In this document: positions 49,718-58,933 of the stretch, one piece after another | Position numbering within the stretch: the stretch's first letter is position 1 | How the letters are laid out: every line of letters begins with the position of its first letter | Sequence record: PP400782 | Source of the DNA: Escherichia phage FL31 | DNA length: 64,000 nucleotides | Direction: 5' to 3' (one strand) | The notes under the pieces: model-generated | Database searches by the model: none | What the model saw: only the letters and a program-made list of their open reading frames with translations | What the model was told of the DNA's origin: nothing | Translations under genes and position numbers: made by a program

Positions 49718-50395
49718 TTATCGCTGTTTTACACTTAACGGGTCAGGATTCTCAGGGACATCTTCAAGGCCAAGCGCATAACGCTGAGCATATTTTAACA
49801 TCAAAATATCTTTAGCACAATCATGAATACTATCATGGGCAACGAATCCTTTTAGCGCACCCATCGGTAATGGACACATACTTAATCCTCGTGTCAACGA
49901 GTAAGCTTCGATTGCCGTACGAATATCGCGTTGAGCCCAGAATTTAACAGGTTCTAATTTATCGGTATCAATATCTGGTTCAAGAACACCTTCATCACGA
50001 TAGAGGTCACGAATCAAATCGACCAAGATCGGGAAGTCAAAGCTCATACCACGGCACCACATCTGTGATTTCCATTGGTCAACTTTATTAGCTCGACAAT
50101 AATCTAAAAAGATTTTAATGCCTTCAAGCGTAGTGACATCGTCTTCAGACGGGGCCAAGTTTTTACGCGCTTCCGCCGATTGTTCTTTCCACCATTTCAT
50201 AGTGGATTTAGCGAAAACTCGCTTCCCTTTCTGAGAAGCTAAATTAAATTTAATTCGCTTACCTCGTTGAACAAGTTCTTCAAATGATTCAACAACTTCA
50301 GGGTCGGAATTATATGCAATAACCGCAAGATCAATAACAGCCGCTTTTGATGTATTGCCGAATGTTTCAAAATCTATAATAACATCAGTGCTCAT
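49718..50395 (-). CDS. dexA: exonuclease A (DEDD-type 3'-5' exonuclease)
   Basis: 225 aa; N-terminal IIDFETFG exo motif; adjacent to dda as in T4. Confidence 0.8.
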   Translation of the reverse strand: MSTDVIIDFETFGNTSKAAVIDLAVIAYNSDPEVVESFEELVQRGKRIKFNLASQKGKRVFAKSTMKWWKEQSAEARKNLAPSEDDVTTLEGIKIFLDYCRANKVDQWKSQMWCRGMSFDFPILVDLIRDLYRDEGVLEPDIDTDKLEPVKFWAQRDIRTAIEAYSLTRGLSMCPLPMGALKGFVAHDSIHDCAKDILMLKYAQRYALGLEDVPENPDPLSVKQR

Positions 50396-50404
50396 AATTT
50401 TCTC

Positions 50405-51718
50405 TCAAATAAAATGGACGTCAAAACGACCACGAGTTGTGCCGACATACAATAACTGTTTAGCTAGTTCTGAATCGGCATAATGGATACACGGTGTATA
50501 AACAAAGGCAGTGTCAACAGACATACCCTGGGCCTTATGGAAGGTTGATACTGGTAGTGCCTTCACCTTAGTGAACATACGTTTAGCATCCCAGAATTCG
50601 CTCCATGGAGCTTTACCACCTTTATTCCAGAATTTGTATGTTTCTGCGGTCTTAGCCAAAAACAAATTGAATTTATAAAGCTCTTCTTCAGAAGAAATAA
50701 CCTTTATATCTTCGCGGATGTATTCTTCATCATCCCCATATGTTTCTACTGTAAGATTCCAGTATCGTATCATATATTCGCCTGAAACACCACGCGCTTT
50801 AACGAATGTAGACGTTTCTACAGCATCTCGAATACGAACGAATTGCCCGTTATTGAAAAGCATTTCGGTCATATTTTTACCGTCTAGCTTATATGTCTTA
50901 GTAAATGGCTCTTGTAGAACAATGACTTCATCTTTAATAAATGGTTTTTCTGTTTCAAGAAGTTTTCGGCGAATAATTGAATTTAACTTGTCCACCGACT
51001 TATTTGTGAATGCCATCATTCGATTTTCGAAAAGGTCTTCAGGAGTTTTAACAACGTTAAAATAGTTCATCATATACGATTTAAGGTCTGTATATCCATG
51101 AACACCGTGCCCATCAACTACTTTATCGTAAATCCATTTGCCATTACGAATATCAGTCGCAACATCAATAATTGGTGCATTGCTACGTTTAACTTCTGTA
51201 AGGTTGCATTGCACGAAGTCTTTGTGAGTGAAGAAAGGACTTAGATACGCAGTTGATTCGCCTGGGTCTACCGGACGGATCTGGCATCGGTCGCCGATTC
51301 CAATTACTGTACACCATTTAGGGATACTAGCTAACATTATTTTAAACAGAGAACGGTCGCACATTGACGCTTCATCAAATAACAGTACACGACACAAGGC
51401 TAAGTCGGGAACCTTTTTCTGTTCAAACAATACGTTTTCTTCGTATGTAGTTGGGTTGATTTTAAGAATGCTATGAATAGTCGATGCTTCTTGACCCGCA
51501 AGTTTGCTTAGAACCTTTTTAGCAGCATGTGTAGGGGCTGCTAAAATAATACCTGATTCTCCAGAAGAAATAAGGGCTTCAACGATGAATCTAGTAAGGG
51601 TTGTTTTACCTGTACCAGCAGGCCCGTTAATAGTTACGTGATGTTTCTTTTCTTTAATAGCGTTCATAACAACGTTGAAGGCGTTTTTCTGGCCTTCAGT
51701 CAAATCATCAAATGTCAT
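50405..51718 (-). CDS. dda: Dda DNA helicase (SF1B)
   Basis: 437 aa; MTFDDLTEGQKNAFNVVMNAIKEKKHHVTINGPAGTGKTTL, Walker B LLFDEASM; matches T4 Dda. Confidence 0.93.
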   Translation of the reverse strand: MTFDDLTEGQKNAFNVVMNAIKEKKHHVTINGPAGTGKTTLTRFIVEALISSGESGIILAAPTHAAKKVLSKLAGQEASTIHSILKINPTTYEENVLFEQKKVPDLALCRVLLFDEASMCDRSLFKIMLASIPKWCTVIGIGDRCQIRPVDPGESTAYLSPFFTHKDFVQCNLTEVKRSNAPIIDVATDIRNGKWIYDKVVDGHGVHGYTDLKSYMMNYFNVVKTPEDLFENRMMAFTNKSVDKLNSIIRRKLLETEKPFIKDEVIVLQEPFTKTYKLDGKNMTEMLFNNGQFVRIRDAVETSTFVKARGVSGEYMIRYWNLTVETYGDDEEYIREDIKVISSEEELYKFNLFLAKTAETYKFWNKGGKAPWSEFWDAKRMFTKVKALPVSTFHKAQGMSVDTAFVYTPCIHYADSELAKQLLYVGTTRGRFDVHFI

Positions 51719-52026
51719 CGTAAAGTCCCTGCAATTGGAATACTAACAATATGGCCTGTGTCCAGAATTCGTTGATACAATCTTTGCGTCTCCGCATCTA
51801 GTTTAACGTGTTTCATTTCAAGCTTATTAAACCAGAACTTACGCGGAGTTTCGACCATTCTTAGAACTCCCATTTTTAAATCTGTTTTATACTGTGTTTT
51901 CAAAGTATCGAAAACTTTATCTGCAATATCCTTTCTAAAAAATACTGCAGGACGATGCTCATCAAGTGGAACCGGGACAGTAAATCCTTCCATATCTCGA
52001 TAAACTATTGCATATACATAAACCAT
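51715..52026 (-). CDS. hypothetical protein (103 aa), dda.1-like
   Basis: ORF track; 4-nt overlap with dda. Confidence 0.5.
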   Translation of the reverse strand: MVYVYAIVYRDMEGFTVPVPLDEHRPAVFFRKDIADKVFDTLKTQYKTDLKMGVLRMVETPRKFWFNKLEMKHVKLDAETQRLYQRILDTGHIVSIPIAGTLR

Positions 52027-52028
52027 AA

Positions 52029-52775
52029 TTAACCTTTAATCAGTTGGAATAATGATGCGCTAAGTGGTAAGCCACGTTTCAATTTTAATTTACCAATGAA
52101 ACCAATCTTTTCAAAACGTTGCAGACCTTGGATAACTTTATCATATGTATCGAAAAGCGATTCAGCGTCAGTTAATTTAGTTTTAGTTTTCCAGTCAGAG
52201 CCTTTAAGAAGAACGTTGAGTTTAGTAAGTTCATGGCCTTCTGCTTGATGTGAGCCATTAATGCGTGCTTTCAAAGCAACAATTCTAAGTTTAGATTCGT
52301 TAGATAAATGTTGATTTTTCATCATGTTCGCCATATGCTTAACACGATTTTCACGTTTTGCTCGGATTTTTAAAATAGTATCATAAACCTTTTTAATTTG
52401 GGTCCATTTCTTCTCGTCGAGATTAAGTTTCTCTACTTTACGGACAGAAGGATTAGCAATACGTCTTGCAACAGCGTCACGTTTCTCAATAAGTTCTTCT
52501 AATGTTAAATCAGAACGAGCCGTGTTATATTTTTTCTTAACTGGGATAACATTACCTTTAATGTAGCCTATATCGTTATTAAAACGTTCTAAGGATAATT
52601 TCTCACCTTCAACAGAGTTATTAAAAGATTCACCTGAGTAAGCGCAGACCTTTTGATCAAGAATGTTTTTAAGGTAATTAAAGTCTAAGTTAAAATCCTT
52701 AGAGCGTCTCTTCGCAGAAGCTCTGGTGTGGTCAAGACGACGATTGATTTTGTTAATTTTATTATTTGATAACAT
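52029..52775 (-). CDS. srd: Srd-like protein (248 aa)
   Basis: Assigned by position between dda.1 and mod genes and size; sequence not independently recognised. Confidence 0.4.
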   Translation of the reverse strand: MLSNNKINKINRRLDHTRASAKRRSKDFNLDFNYLKNILDQKVCAYSGESFNNSVEGEKLSLERFNNDIGYIKGNVIPVKKKYNTARSDLTLEELIEKRDAVARRIANPSVRKVEKLNLDEKKWTQIKKVYDTILKIRAKRENRVKHMANMMKNQHLSNESKLRIVALKARINGSHQAEGHELTKLNVLLKGSDWKTKTKLTDAESLFDTYDKVIQGLQRFEKIGFIGKLKLKRGLPLSASLFQLIKG

Positions 52776-52814
52776 AATATTTTCCTCTGTCTTACGGACG
52801 TTAGGTCATTTAGC

Positions 52815-52853
52815 TGATAAGTTTATAATATCATGCCCTCAGGTAGTGTACAC
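52815..52853 (-). promoter_or_regulatory. early-type promoter (TGTACA ... TATTAT) upstream of srd-like gene
   Basis: Minus-strand read. Confidence 0.4.
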
Positions 52854-52927
52854 TCCTTTTTCATAAAATGCTTTAATTTTTTATGTGTTATAATGGTTCT
52901 GAGTTCCATCCGGTTATTCCAATCCAG

Positions 52928-53536
52928 TCAGTAACTGACAATAGTCAGATTCCAGATTGTATAATTTCCATCTTGAATAATAGAATCTACACGCAGTGTA
53001 GTCCCTATAGGGAGCATAAATTCACATTCGTCAGATATAAGTCTAGCATTAGACCGTCTTGTCGCTTCAGGGAAAGCTCCATTGAACTCACAAGATGGCG
53101 CAGCCAGAATCATGTTAAGCATATGTTCACGGAAGTTGAAAGCAAATGGTGCATCTTTGATGCAGAACATATTAAATGTTCCGTAAAAATTATACGAAGC
53201 AAAGTTACGTGCTACACCGAACACTGGGCTGAAGCTCATTACTCTGTCAAATTTAATAATACTACCAATGCCTTTATCATCGAGTGTGGCCATAGTTTTC
53301 TTAGAGATTCCACGATACATTGTCTCAGGAACAGAAGACGTCCAATTTCTACGAACGATTGAACTTAACTCCTGTTGAATACAATCTGGCTTGTTTTCCA
53401 TACACTGCCACAATACACTTTGTTCAATGTCGCTGAATTGACTATCAATTTCGTACTGCAATACATCTTGATATTCGGGGTTTTGAGCACGACGAACCAT
53501 TTCTTCAATTTCACACTCGTTATACGGCATAAACAT
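52928..53536 (-). CDS. modA: Mod-family ADP-ribosyltransferase (202 aa), ModA-like
   Basis: R-S-E motif candidates: MYRGIS (Arg), SFSPV (Ser), ISDECEF (Glu-x-Glu); paralogous to adjacent gene; T4 order. Confidence 0.55.
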   Translation of the reverse strand: MFMPYNECEIEEMVRRAQNPEYQDVLQYEIDSQFSDIEQSVLWQCMENKPDCIQQELSSIVRRNWTSSVPETMYRGISKKTMATLDDKGIGSIIKFDRVMSFSPVFGVARNFASYNFYGTFNMFCIKDAPFAFNFREHMLNMILAAPSCEFNGAFPEATRRSNARLISDECEFMLPIGTTLRVDSIIQDGNYTIWNLTIVSY

Positions 53537-53554
53537 TTAGGTTTCTCCTGTGGT

Positions 53555-53594
53555 TGATAAAGGTATAGTATCATCATCGGAAGAGTTTGTACAC
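53555..53594 (-). promoter_or_regulatory. early-type promoter (TGTACA ... TACTAT) between the two mod genes
   Basis: Minus-strand read. Confidence 0.4.
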
Positions 53595-54175
53595 TAAAAA
53601 TTCAACATTTTCAAATGAATGATTTTGTATAATCTAGATAAAGGGTCATATTCTAAGTCTTCAATTTCCACAATCTCAAATCTAGAGATACCTGAGACCA
53701 TGTACTCTTGTTCAGATTCAATCATATCTAGGACGTCAACACGCTTTTCTTCCATAACATGCTTAGGGTTCTTTCCGGCGAGTACAATGTTAATCATGTT
53801 TTGGTAGTAATCAAAAATGAATGGAGCATTCCTGAGACTAAGAATAGTGTACGTCTGATATTCCCATCTCCCAGAGAATTGACGAGCTGTACTGAAATCA
53901 GTTGTGAACGATGTTACTCGTCCAGGAGACCAATGGCATCCAACAGAAAGAAGAGAAAGACGTTCTACTTCTTCTGGAGTTACACCACGGTAGAGTTCTA
54001 CTGGTACTGTAGAAGTCATATGCTTACGAACAAGATGGTCTAATTCATAGTGGAAATCCGGGTCTTCCTTAGAATCAGTGCAAGCCCAGAGAATGTTTTG
54101 TTCTTGGCGGGTGAATTTGCTATCAATAAGATTTGTTAGGTATTCACGTTCTTGAAGTTCAGATTGACATGTCAT
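53594..54175 (-). CDS. modB: Mod-family ADP-ribosyltransferase (193 aa), ModB-like
   Basis: R-S-E motif candidates: LYRGV, FSTARQ, ESEQEYMV; shares ILW(A/Q)C..., YRG, F(I/A)F(D/N)... blocks with ModA-like gene. Confidence 0.55.
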   Translation of the reverse strand: MTCQSELQEREYLTNLIDSKFTRQEQNILWACTDSKEDPDFHYELDHLVRKHMTSTVPVELYRGVTPEEVERLSLLSVGCHWSPGRVTSFTTDFSTARQFSGRWEYQTYTILSLRNAPFIFDYYQNMINIVLAGKNPKHVMEEKRVDVLDMIESEQEYMVSGISRFEIVEIEDLEYDPLSRLYKIIHLKMLNF

Positions 54176-54192
54176 GATAGACCTCCATTTAA

Positions 54193-54231
54193 AGATAAGC
54201 CTATCATAACATGAGAGGAGGGAATGTAAAC
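54193..54231 (-). promoter_or_regulatory. early-type promoter (GTTTAC ... TATGAT) upstream of modB-like gene
   Basis: Minus-strand read. Confidence 0.45.
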
Positions 54232-54391
54232 TACTTTTTAAGCTTTCCTACTAAAGGTCCATCAGGGCCAGGTTGTTCTAACATGAATAACGATGCTTTA
54301 AAAAGCAATGTCAACCCTTTCACCATTCGATACCATGTCTCAAAGTCTTTTTCCTTGATTTCTAGTAAGAATTTCTCTTTCAATTTCTCTT

Positions 54392-54580
54392 TCATTTCCA
54401 AGGACTCCATGGCGGAGGGTCGTCATAATAAGAGGCAAGGTCTTTCAGGGCTTCAACAGGTAAACTAAAGCCATGACGCTGTATAATACTATCTAGTTCA
54501 TCAACAAGTTCACTACGATGCACTTTAGGAGCCTCAACTTCAGGCTCGTCAAACATACTCATAAGGTCCATATTACTCAC
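54392..54580 (-). CDS. hypothetical protein (62 aa)
   Basis: ORF track. Confidence 0.4.
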   Translation of the reverse strand: MSNMDLMSMFDEPEVEAPKVHRSELVDELDSIIQRHGFSLPVEALKDLASYYDDPPPWSPWK

Positions 54581-55037
54581 CTAAATAAAAACTAGGCTGC
54601 TCGGAGAATGTTTCTAGCGCTACACCTTTTGTCTTAAAAAATTTCCAAATAGCTCGTTGCAAATGGATTAAATCTGCTAATGATGTAATAAAGTATTTTT
54701 TGGCAAAATACTTATGGTCTCGCTTTTCAAACAAGTCTAAACGCTTTTCAGGATTCACATAAACGGCATTTTCCGTAGATTCATAACCTAAGTCCTTTAT
54801 GCCTTCTTCAAGACTAAACGGAGAATTTTTAGAACGAGTAATAGCTCCAACTCGCTCTACACGAATTTTGTAACCTTTAGGAATCTGCAATTTGCAGAAT
54901 TCTTCTACGATATATTGCGGATTATTTAGACTTTTGTTAATGAGAATAGCTATTTCTAGTGGAGTCTTATCTTCCACTGGTATATGTTTAAATGACTTGG
55001 CTTCAAGCAAATACATTTTAAATAGCATAGCATCCAT
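54573..55037 (-). CDS. hypothetical protein (154 aa)
   Basis: ORF track. Confidence 0.5.
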   Translation of the reverse strand: MDAMLFKMYLLEAKSFKHIPVEDKTPLEIAILINKSLNNPQYIVEEFCKLQIPKGYKIRVERVGAITRSKNSPFSLEEGIKDLGYESTENAVYVNPEKRLDLFEKRDHKYFAKKYFITSLADLIHLQRAIWKFFKTKGVALETFSEQPSFYLGE

Positions 55038-55243
55038 TATAATTTCCTCGATGGTTCACCCATATAAAGTTTTACAATACGTTCGCCTTCATCTTCGACG
55101 AGCTTTTCTTCATGTTTCTGGAATTCTTTAGCCATATTCTCTTCAAGAACATCCAGCCAATCTTCTGGACCGACACCATCGTCCCAGCTTTTAAACCATT
55201 TAACTATCTTGTTCATTCGCAGCTCCCTGAGCTTGAACCACAA
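55037..55243 (-). CDS. hypothetical protein (68 aa)
   Basis: ORF track; start overlaps upstream stop. Confidence 0.4.
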   Translation of the reverse strand: MWFKLRELRMNKIVKWFKSWDDGVGPEDWLDVLEENMAKEFQKHEEKLVEDEGERIVKLYMGEPSRKL

Positions 55244-55426
55244 TCAGAATAACTTGACCCAGAATCACCAGGCCAAGACGATACGTATGAATGATTATAA
55301 CTTGAAGAGCTTGAAGCATTAACCTGTTTTGTTTTTGGACGAACAACTTCTTCCATCATTCCATCACCGATATATTCCCAACTTTTTTCGTGTGTATCAG
55401 GAATAGGCATCATACCTTCGCCTGGT

Positions 55427-55654
55427 TTAACAGCAAACAACTTCTTCAGTATCGTAAGCATTAATTGTTCCTCGAACAAAACGAACACCACCATCATCCC
55501 AACGGATTTCGGCATTAAATTTGACGTCTTCACCATCCATCATGAATGAGTGTACGACTACATCATCGTAATATCCAAGACCGTACTTTAATGAAACTTC
55601 TTGAGCAATCAAAGCACCTAATGTGTTATTAGGTTTAATCCAACGATTTAACAT
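55427..55654 (-). CDS. hypothetical protein (75 aa from internal start)
   Basis: Start at ATG (MLNRWIK) preceded by SD GAGGAG and promoter 55672-55712; overlaps alternative-frame ORF 55213-55536. Confidence 0.4.
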   Translation of the reverse strand: MLNRWIKPNNTLGALIAQEVSLKYGLGYYDDVVVHSFMMDGEDVKFNAEIRWDDGGVRFVRGTINAYDTEEVVCC

Positions 55655-55671
55655 ATTGTTCTCCTCTTGAG

Positions 55672-55712
55672 TAAGTAAGAATATCTTAACACAGTTTTTA
55701 GCGGTTGTAAAC
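55672..55712 (-). promoter_or_regulatory. early-type promoter (GTTTAC ... TAAGAT)
   Basis: Minus-strand read; downstream of soc terminator. Confidence 0.4.
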
Positions 55713-55726
55713 TGTAGAAACAAAAA

Positions 55727-55748
55727 AAGGAATCCCGAAGGATTCCTT
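55727..55748 (-). terminator. intrinsic terminator after soc
   Basis: AAGGAAUCC-UUCG-GGAUUCCUU then UUUUUUG; 9-bp stem. Confidence 0.7.
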
Positions 55749-55755
55749 AAATTAT

Positions 55756-55992
55756 TTAACCACTTACTGGTGTAGGGGTAAACATTGCAGCGTTCTTAGT
55801 TTTCCAGTCAGCTGCATCAGAAACTACAGTAGAATAAGCTGCCTTTTCTGATGGAAAGATTTGGTAATGAGAATCTGCAATCCGATGTTCGTTTGAATAA
55901 ATCTCAAACGGTACAGAAACTTCCATACCTTTAACTTCTTTGCCTTCACCAGCAGGATGCGTAAAGGTTTTGATATTAACGTAACCACCCAT
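55756..55992 (-). CDS. soc: small outer capsid protein Soc
   Basis: 78 aa; GYVNIKTF...HYQIFPSEKAAYSTV matches T4 Soc; late promoter 56024-56031; terminator 55727-55748. Confidence 0.88.
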   Translation of the reverse strand: MGGYVNIKTFTHPAGEGKEVKGMEVSVPFEIYSNEHRIADSHYQIFPSEKAAYSTVVSDAADWKTKNAAMFTPTPVSG

Positions 55993-55994
55993 AA

Positions 55995-56219
55995 TTAACT
56001 CCTTTGTTGTTTAATTACAGGTGTATTTATAATGAATTTCTTCGGGACAATAAAATATCCGAATTTAGCTAATATAACAACATCACCGTTAATTATTACC
56101 GGAGAATAATCATCTGGAGTATTAAATTTCCAGTGGAGTCTAGTATTATATCCATCAGAGCCGAATGCTTTATTAGCCGGTCTCCCGGCTTTTTGCCATG
56201 CATAAAAATCAAGTTTCAT
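55995..56219 (-). CDS. hypothetical protein (74 aa; alternative longer start at 56333)
   Basis: ORF track frame; short form MKLDFYAWQKAGRPANK chosen because upstream region is occupied by another frame coupled to gene 56. Confidence 0.35.
   Translation of the reverse strand: MKLDFYAWQKAGRPANKAFGSDGYNTRLHWKFNTPDDYSPVIINGDVVILAKFGYFIVPKKFIINTPVIKQQRS
56024..56031 (-). promoter_or_regulatory. late promoter TATAAATA upstream of soc
   Basis: Minus-strand TATAAATA about 32 nt upstream of soc ATG. Confidence 0.6.
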
Positions 56220-56382
56220 TTGCAACCCAATCAACCACATGTAGATGGTCTGATAATTGACTAACATGCTGAAGCTGATTAGACAGGAGCTTACAAATAA
56301 GCTCACTGTTATCATTTTTAAATAGTTGGTCAATACGTTTCTTATGAGCTTTCTTAAGCTGACGTTTATTTAAACGAGCCAT
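56209..56382 (-). CDS. small basic protein (57 aa)
   Basis: Hand translation MARLNKRQLKKAHKKRIDQLFKNDNSELICKLLSNQLQHVSQLSDHLHVVDWVANET; ATG overlaps gene 56 stop (TAATG). Confidence 0.35.
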   Translation of the reverse strand: MARLNKRQLKKAHKKRIDQLFKNDNSELICKLLSNQLQHVSQLSDHLHVVDWVANET

Positions 56383-56903
56383 TAATAACCTCGGTCTTGA
56401 CGAGCAAAGTTTTCAGCATTCTTCAGATAATACAGTTTAAAGATTTCTTCGGCAGAAAGACCCAGACCTTGGAACATGTTCAGAACGAAGTGCAGAATAT
56501 CAATCATTTCGAATTTAATTTCGAGCTGGTCTTCAGGAGACAGTTCATCAATACGACGATTACGATATTCAGCATGTTGTGCTTTCCATGGCTTCCACAC
56601 AGAGCTGGCAGCTTTTTCACCGTTGGACATACCACCAAGTGAAGTCAGCAGTTCACGAAATTCATCATCAATATAATCTTTCTGATTACGCAGCCAATCA
56701 ACAACATCGCCAGCAGTGGCCAATTCATCAGGATGTTTGTTATGTTCAGGCTTGTCATTTGCCAAACGAACCTGTAAAGATTTCTGCATATCAAGCATTA
56801 CCTGCAGTGGGTCTTTATCTTCGTGAATCAGAGCATTAAAATAAGCTTCTTCTGCTTTATCAACACCAGAAATAAGTTGTGAACATTCGTTAAAGTGTGC
56901 CAT
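56382..56903 (-). CDS. 56: dCTPase/dUTPase gp56 (MazG-like)
   Basis: MAHFNECSQLISGVDKAEEAYF...DPLQVMLDMQKSLQVRLAN...ELATAGDVVDWLRNQKDYIDDEFRELLTSLG matches T4 gp56; start at ATG after SD AAGGA. Confidence 0.88.
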   Translation of the reverse strand: MAHFNECSQLISGVDKAEEAYFNALIHEDKDPLQVMLDMQKSLQVRLANDKPEHNKHPDELATAGDVVDWLRNQKDYIDDEFRELLTSLGGMSNGEKAASSVWKPWKAQHAEYRNRRIDELSPEDQLEIKFEMIDILHFVLNMFQGLGLSAEEIFKLYYLKNAENFARQDRGY

Positions 56904-56991
56904 TATTTTTCCTTTCAATTCAGTATAAGAGAGTTAATTCTAACATTAATTTTATAAAGCGTAATAAATAATAGGTAACTAAGGAGATATC

Positions 56992-57189
56992 ATGTTTAAA
57001 CTTCCATCGTTAATCAACGCTATTAAAGGCAATAAAAAGAAAACTGCTATCGCTGCAATAGTTGTAGGTGGCATTATTTCATGGAACTTCGGGATTGCAC
57101 CATTGCTAGTTGCCCATGGTGTTATGGTTCCTTCTGTTCCATTGGATACTGTAGTTGATTTGGCCTTTGCTATTATAGGGCTTGTTTAA
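56992..57189 (+). CDS. small hydrophobic protein (65 aa) on the opposite strand, convergent with primase
   Basis: Strong SD AAGGAG 5 nt before ATG; predicted TM segment TAIAAIVVGGIISWNFGIAPLLVAHGV; lies in the only sizeable gap between 56 and 61. Confidence 0.45.
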   Translation: MFKLPSLINAIKGNKKKTAIAAIVVGGIISWNFGIAPLLVAHGVMVPSVPLDTVVDLAFAIIGLV

Positions 57190-58208
57190 ATCTTCGAATA
57201 ACGAGATAATCTCATTTTAGCATGCAACCCACTTGAAATATTCTGTTTCATATATTCTAAAATTTCTTGTGGTGTTGCATTTTCTTTCATTACCATATCA
57301 TTCACATCCTTTGATCTCCATGGAGCTCGATCCCAGAACATGACACGTTCGCCTGCATCAACTAATCGCTTCATGCGAGCTATAGTATCCGGATGCCTAG
57401 GTTCATTATCCATTACCCATACCCGACGTTCTTTAAACGGTACCACATCTAAATCTATTGAGCCGCCTGTAATAGCGATTGCATTGGGTATGAATAAACT
57501 ATCAATAGGGCCTTCCATTACCCAGACGTCCCCTTCCTTAACACGTTCAACACCATAAATTTTTGTTGCAGACTCAAACGCTTTAATAGTGATATATTTC
57601 TGAGGAGCATCTTTACGAAGTGCACGTCCTTGGAATGACTCGGCCTTCCCATCTTTATTAAAAATAGGAATCACTAAACGTGGTTCGGGGATCTCTTTCT
57701 TATACGTACCAGGTTGAATCTTGTTGACCAATTTGGGCCATTCTAATGTGAACCATAATCTGTTCCACGATTCTTTAGGAATACACCGAGACTTAACATA
57801 TTTCACAATAGGATGCTCTTCAGGCAACTTGTCCAGACGAGAACAAGACGGCAAAGAATTTATAGTCTTTTTCTCTGGCTCTGGCTTAGCTTCAGGAACC
57901 TTTTCAATCTTTGGTTCCATTCTAGCTTTTTCTTTACGAACTTCCATTAGATATTCGCGATAAAGCTCTTCATCATACTCCTTTAAGTATCCGGAAATTG
58001 TATTGTGGTATTGACAGTTATAGCAATGTACATTACCAGGAGTACCGCCATAATACCAACCGCGAGCTTTCATTGCATCTGTCTGAGAGTCGCCACAAAC
58101 TGGACATCGAAATGTTAATTTAAATGTGCTTGAATTATTGATTTGTCTAAAACGAGGTAGGTGAGAAAACGCACGATAAGCAAATTCATTATCTATCCAT
58201 TCAGCCAT
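57186..58208 (-). CDS. 61: DNA primase gp61
   Basis: 340 aa; WIDNEFAYRA, zinc ribbon CPVCGDS...CYNC, Toprim ITGGSIDLDVVPFKERRVWVMDNEPRHPDT match T4 gp61. Confidence 0.93.
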   Translation of the reverse strand: MAEWIDNEFAYRAFSHLPRFRQINNSSTFKLTFRCPVCGDSQTDAMKARGWYYGGTPGNVHCYNCQYHNTISGYLKEYDEELYREYLMEVRKEKARMEPKIEKVPEAKPEPEKKTINSLPSCSRLDKLPEEHPIVKYVKSRCIPKESWNRLWFTLEWPKLVNKIQPGTYKKEIPEPRLVIPIFNKDGKAESFQGRALRKDAPQKYITIKAFESATKIYGVERVKEGDVWVMEGPIDSLFIPNAIAITGGSIDLDVVPFKERRVWVMDNEPRHPDTIARMKRLVDAGERVMFWDRAPWRSKDVNDMVMKENATPQEILEYMKQNISSGLHAKMRLSRYSKI

Positions 58209-58247
58209 AGTATTCTCCAGAGGCCTTAAATTAATAAGGCCATCTTA

Positions 58248-58742
58248 TCACAACTTATTAATATTTACTTTAATTCGCTTTCTTTTCTTGGAAGGAATTT
58301 GTTCGGGACCTTTATTTACGACTGCACCTGTAGTAGTTCCTGATGCAATAGCTTGAGGACTGCCACCTGAATCACCAGCAACCATATCCTCAAATAAAGG
58401 GAGTTCTTTAAATATTTCTTTCTGCTGTTCTTCGGTAATGTTATAGCGTGAAGCTACAGCACTCCAAGCAGACATCATTGAGGCCATTCCATTAAGACCT
58501 GGAACAGTGCTCATCATTCGCTTCATTGAACGAACTGAAGCATGAAAAGGTGTATAAGCCGCTTTCTCTTCAGGAGTGGAAGGGCGTTTAAGAACACTTC
58601 CACGTTCATCGATGATTTTGGCTTCGTATGCTTTCCATTCGGTAAAAGGTTTTTGCATTAGTCGAATAAACTTATATGCATAAACAGAATCTATTGCAGT
58701 GTTAATAATACCCATAGGTACCTCCTGAGTATATTTAATCAA
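58248..58742 (-). CDS. hypothetical protein (164 aa)
   Basis: ORF track; basic C-terminal tail KKRKRIK. Confidence 0.5.
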   Translation of the reverse strand: MIKYTQEVPMGIINTAIDSVYAYKFIRLMQKPFTEWKAYEAKIIDERGSVLKRPSTPEEKAAYTPFHASVRSMKRMMSTVPGLNGMASMMSAWSAVASRYNITEEQQKEIFKELPLFEDMVAGDSGGSPQAIASGTTTGAVVNKGPEQIPSKKRKRIKVNINKL

Positions 58743-58932
58743 TTACAAAGATTGCTTTGTCACCATTTATATCTGTGACTTCATATGTAGTGCCTTCATA
58801 CTGTGGAATATTCCAAATTACACCATCATTAGCTTTTACGCTAATATGGCATTGGTGTTTTGAAACAACTTCATAATCTTCAAAACTTGTAAAAACACTA
58901 ATTTTAGAACCAGTGCAAATTGCAGTAGTCAT
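58735..58932 (-). CDS. hypothetical protein (65 aa)
   Basis: ORF track. Confidence 0.4.
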   Translation of the reverse strand: MTTAICTGSKISVFTSFEDYEVVSKHQCHISVKANDGVIWNIPQYEGTTYEVTDINGDKAIFVID

Positions 58933-58933
58933 T

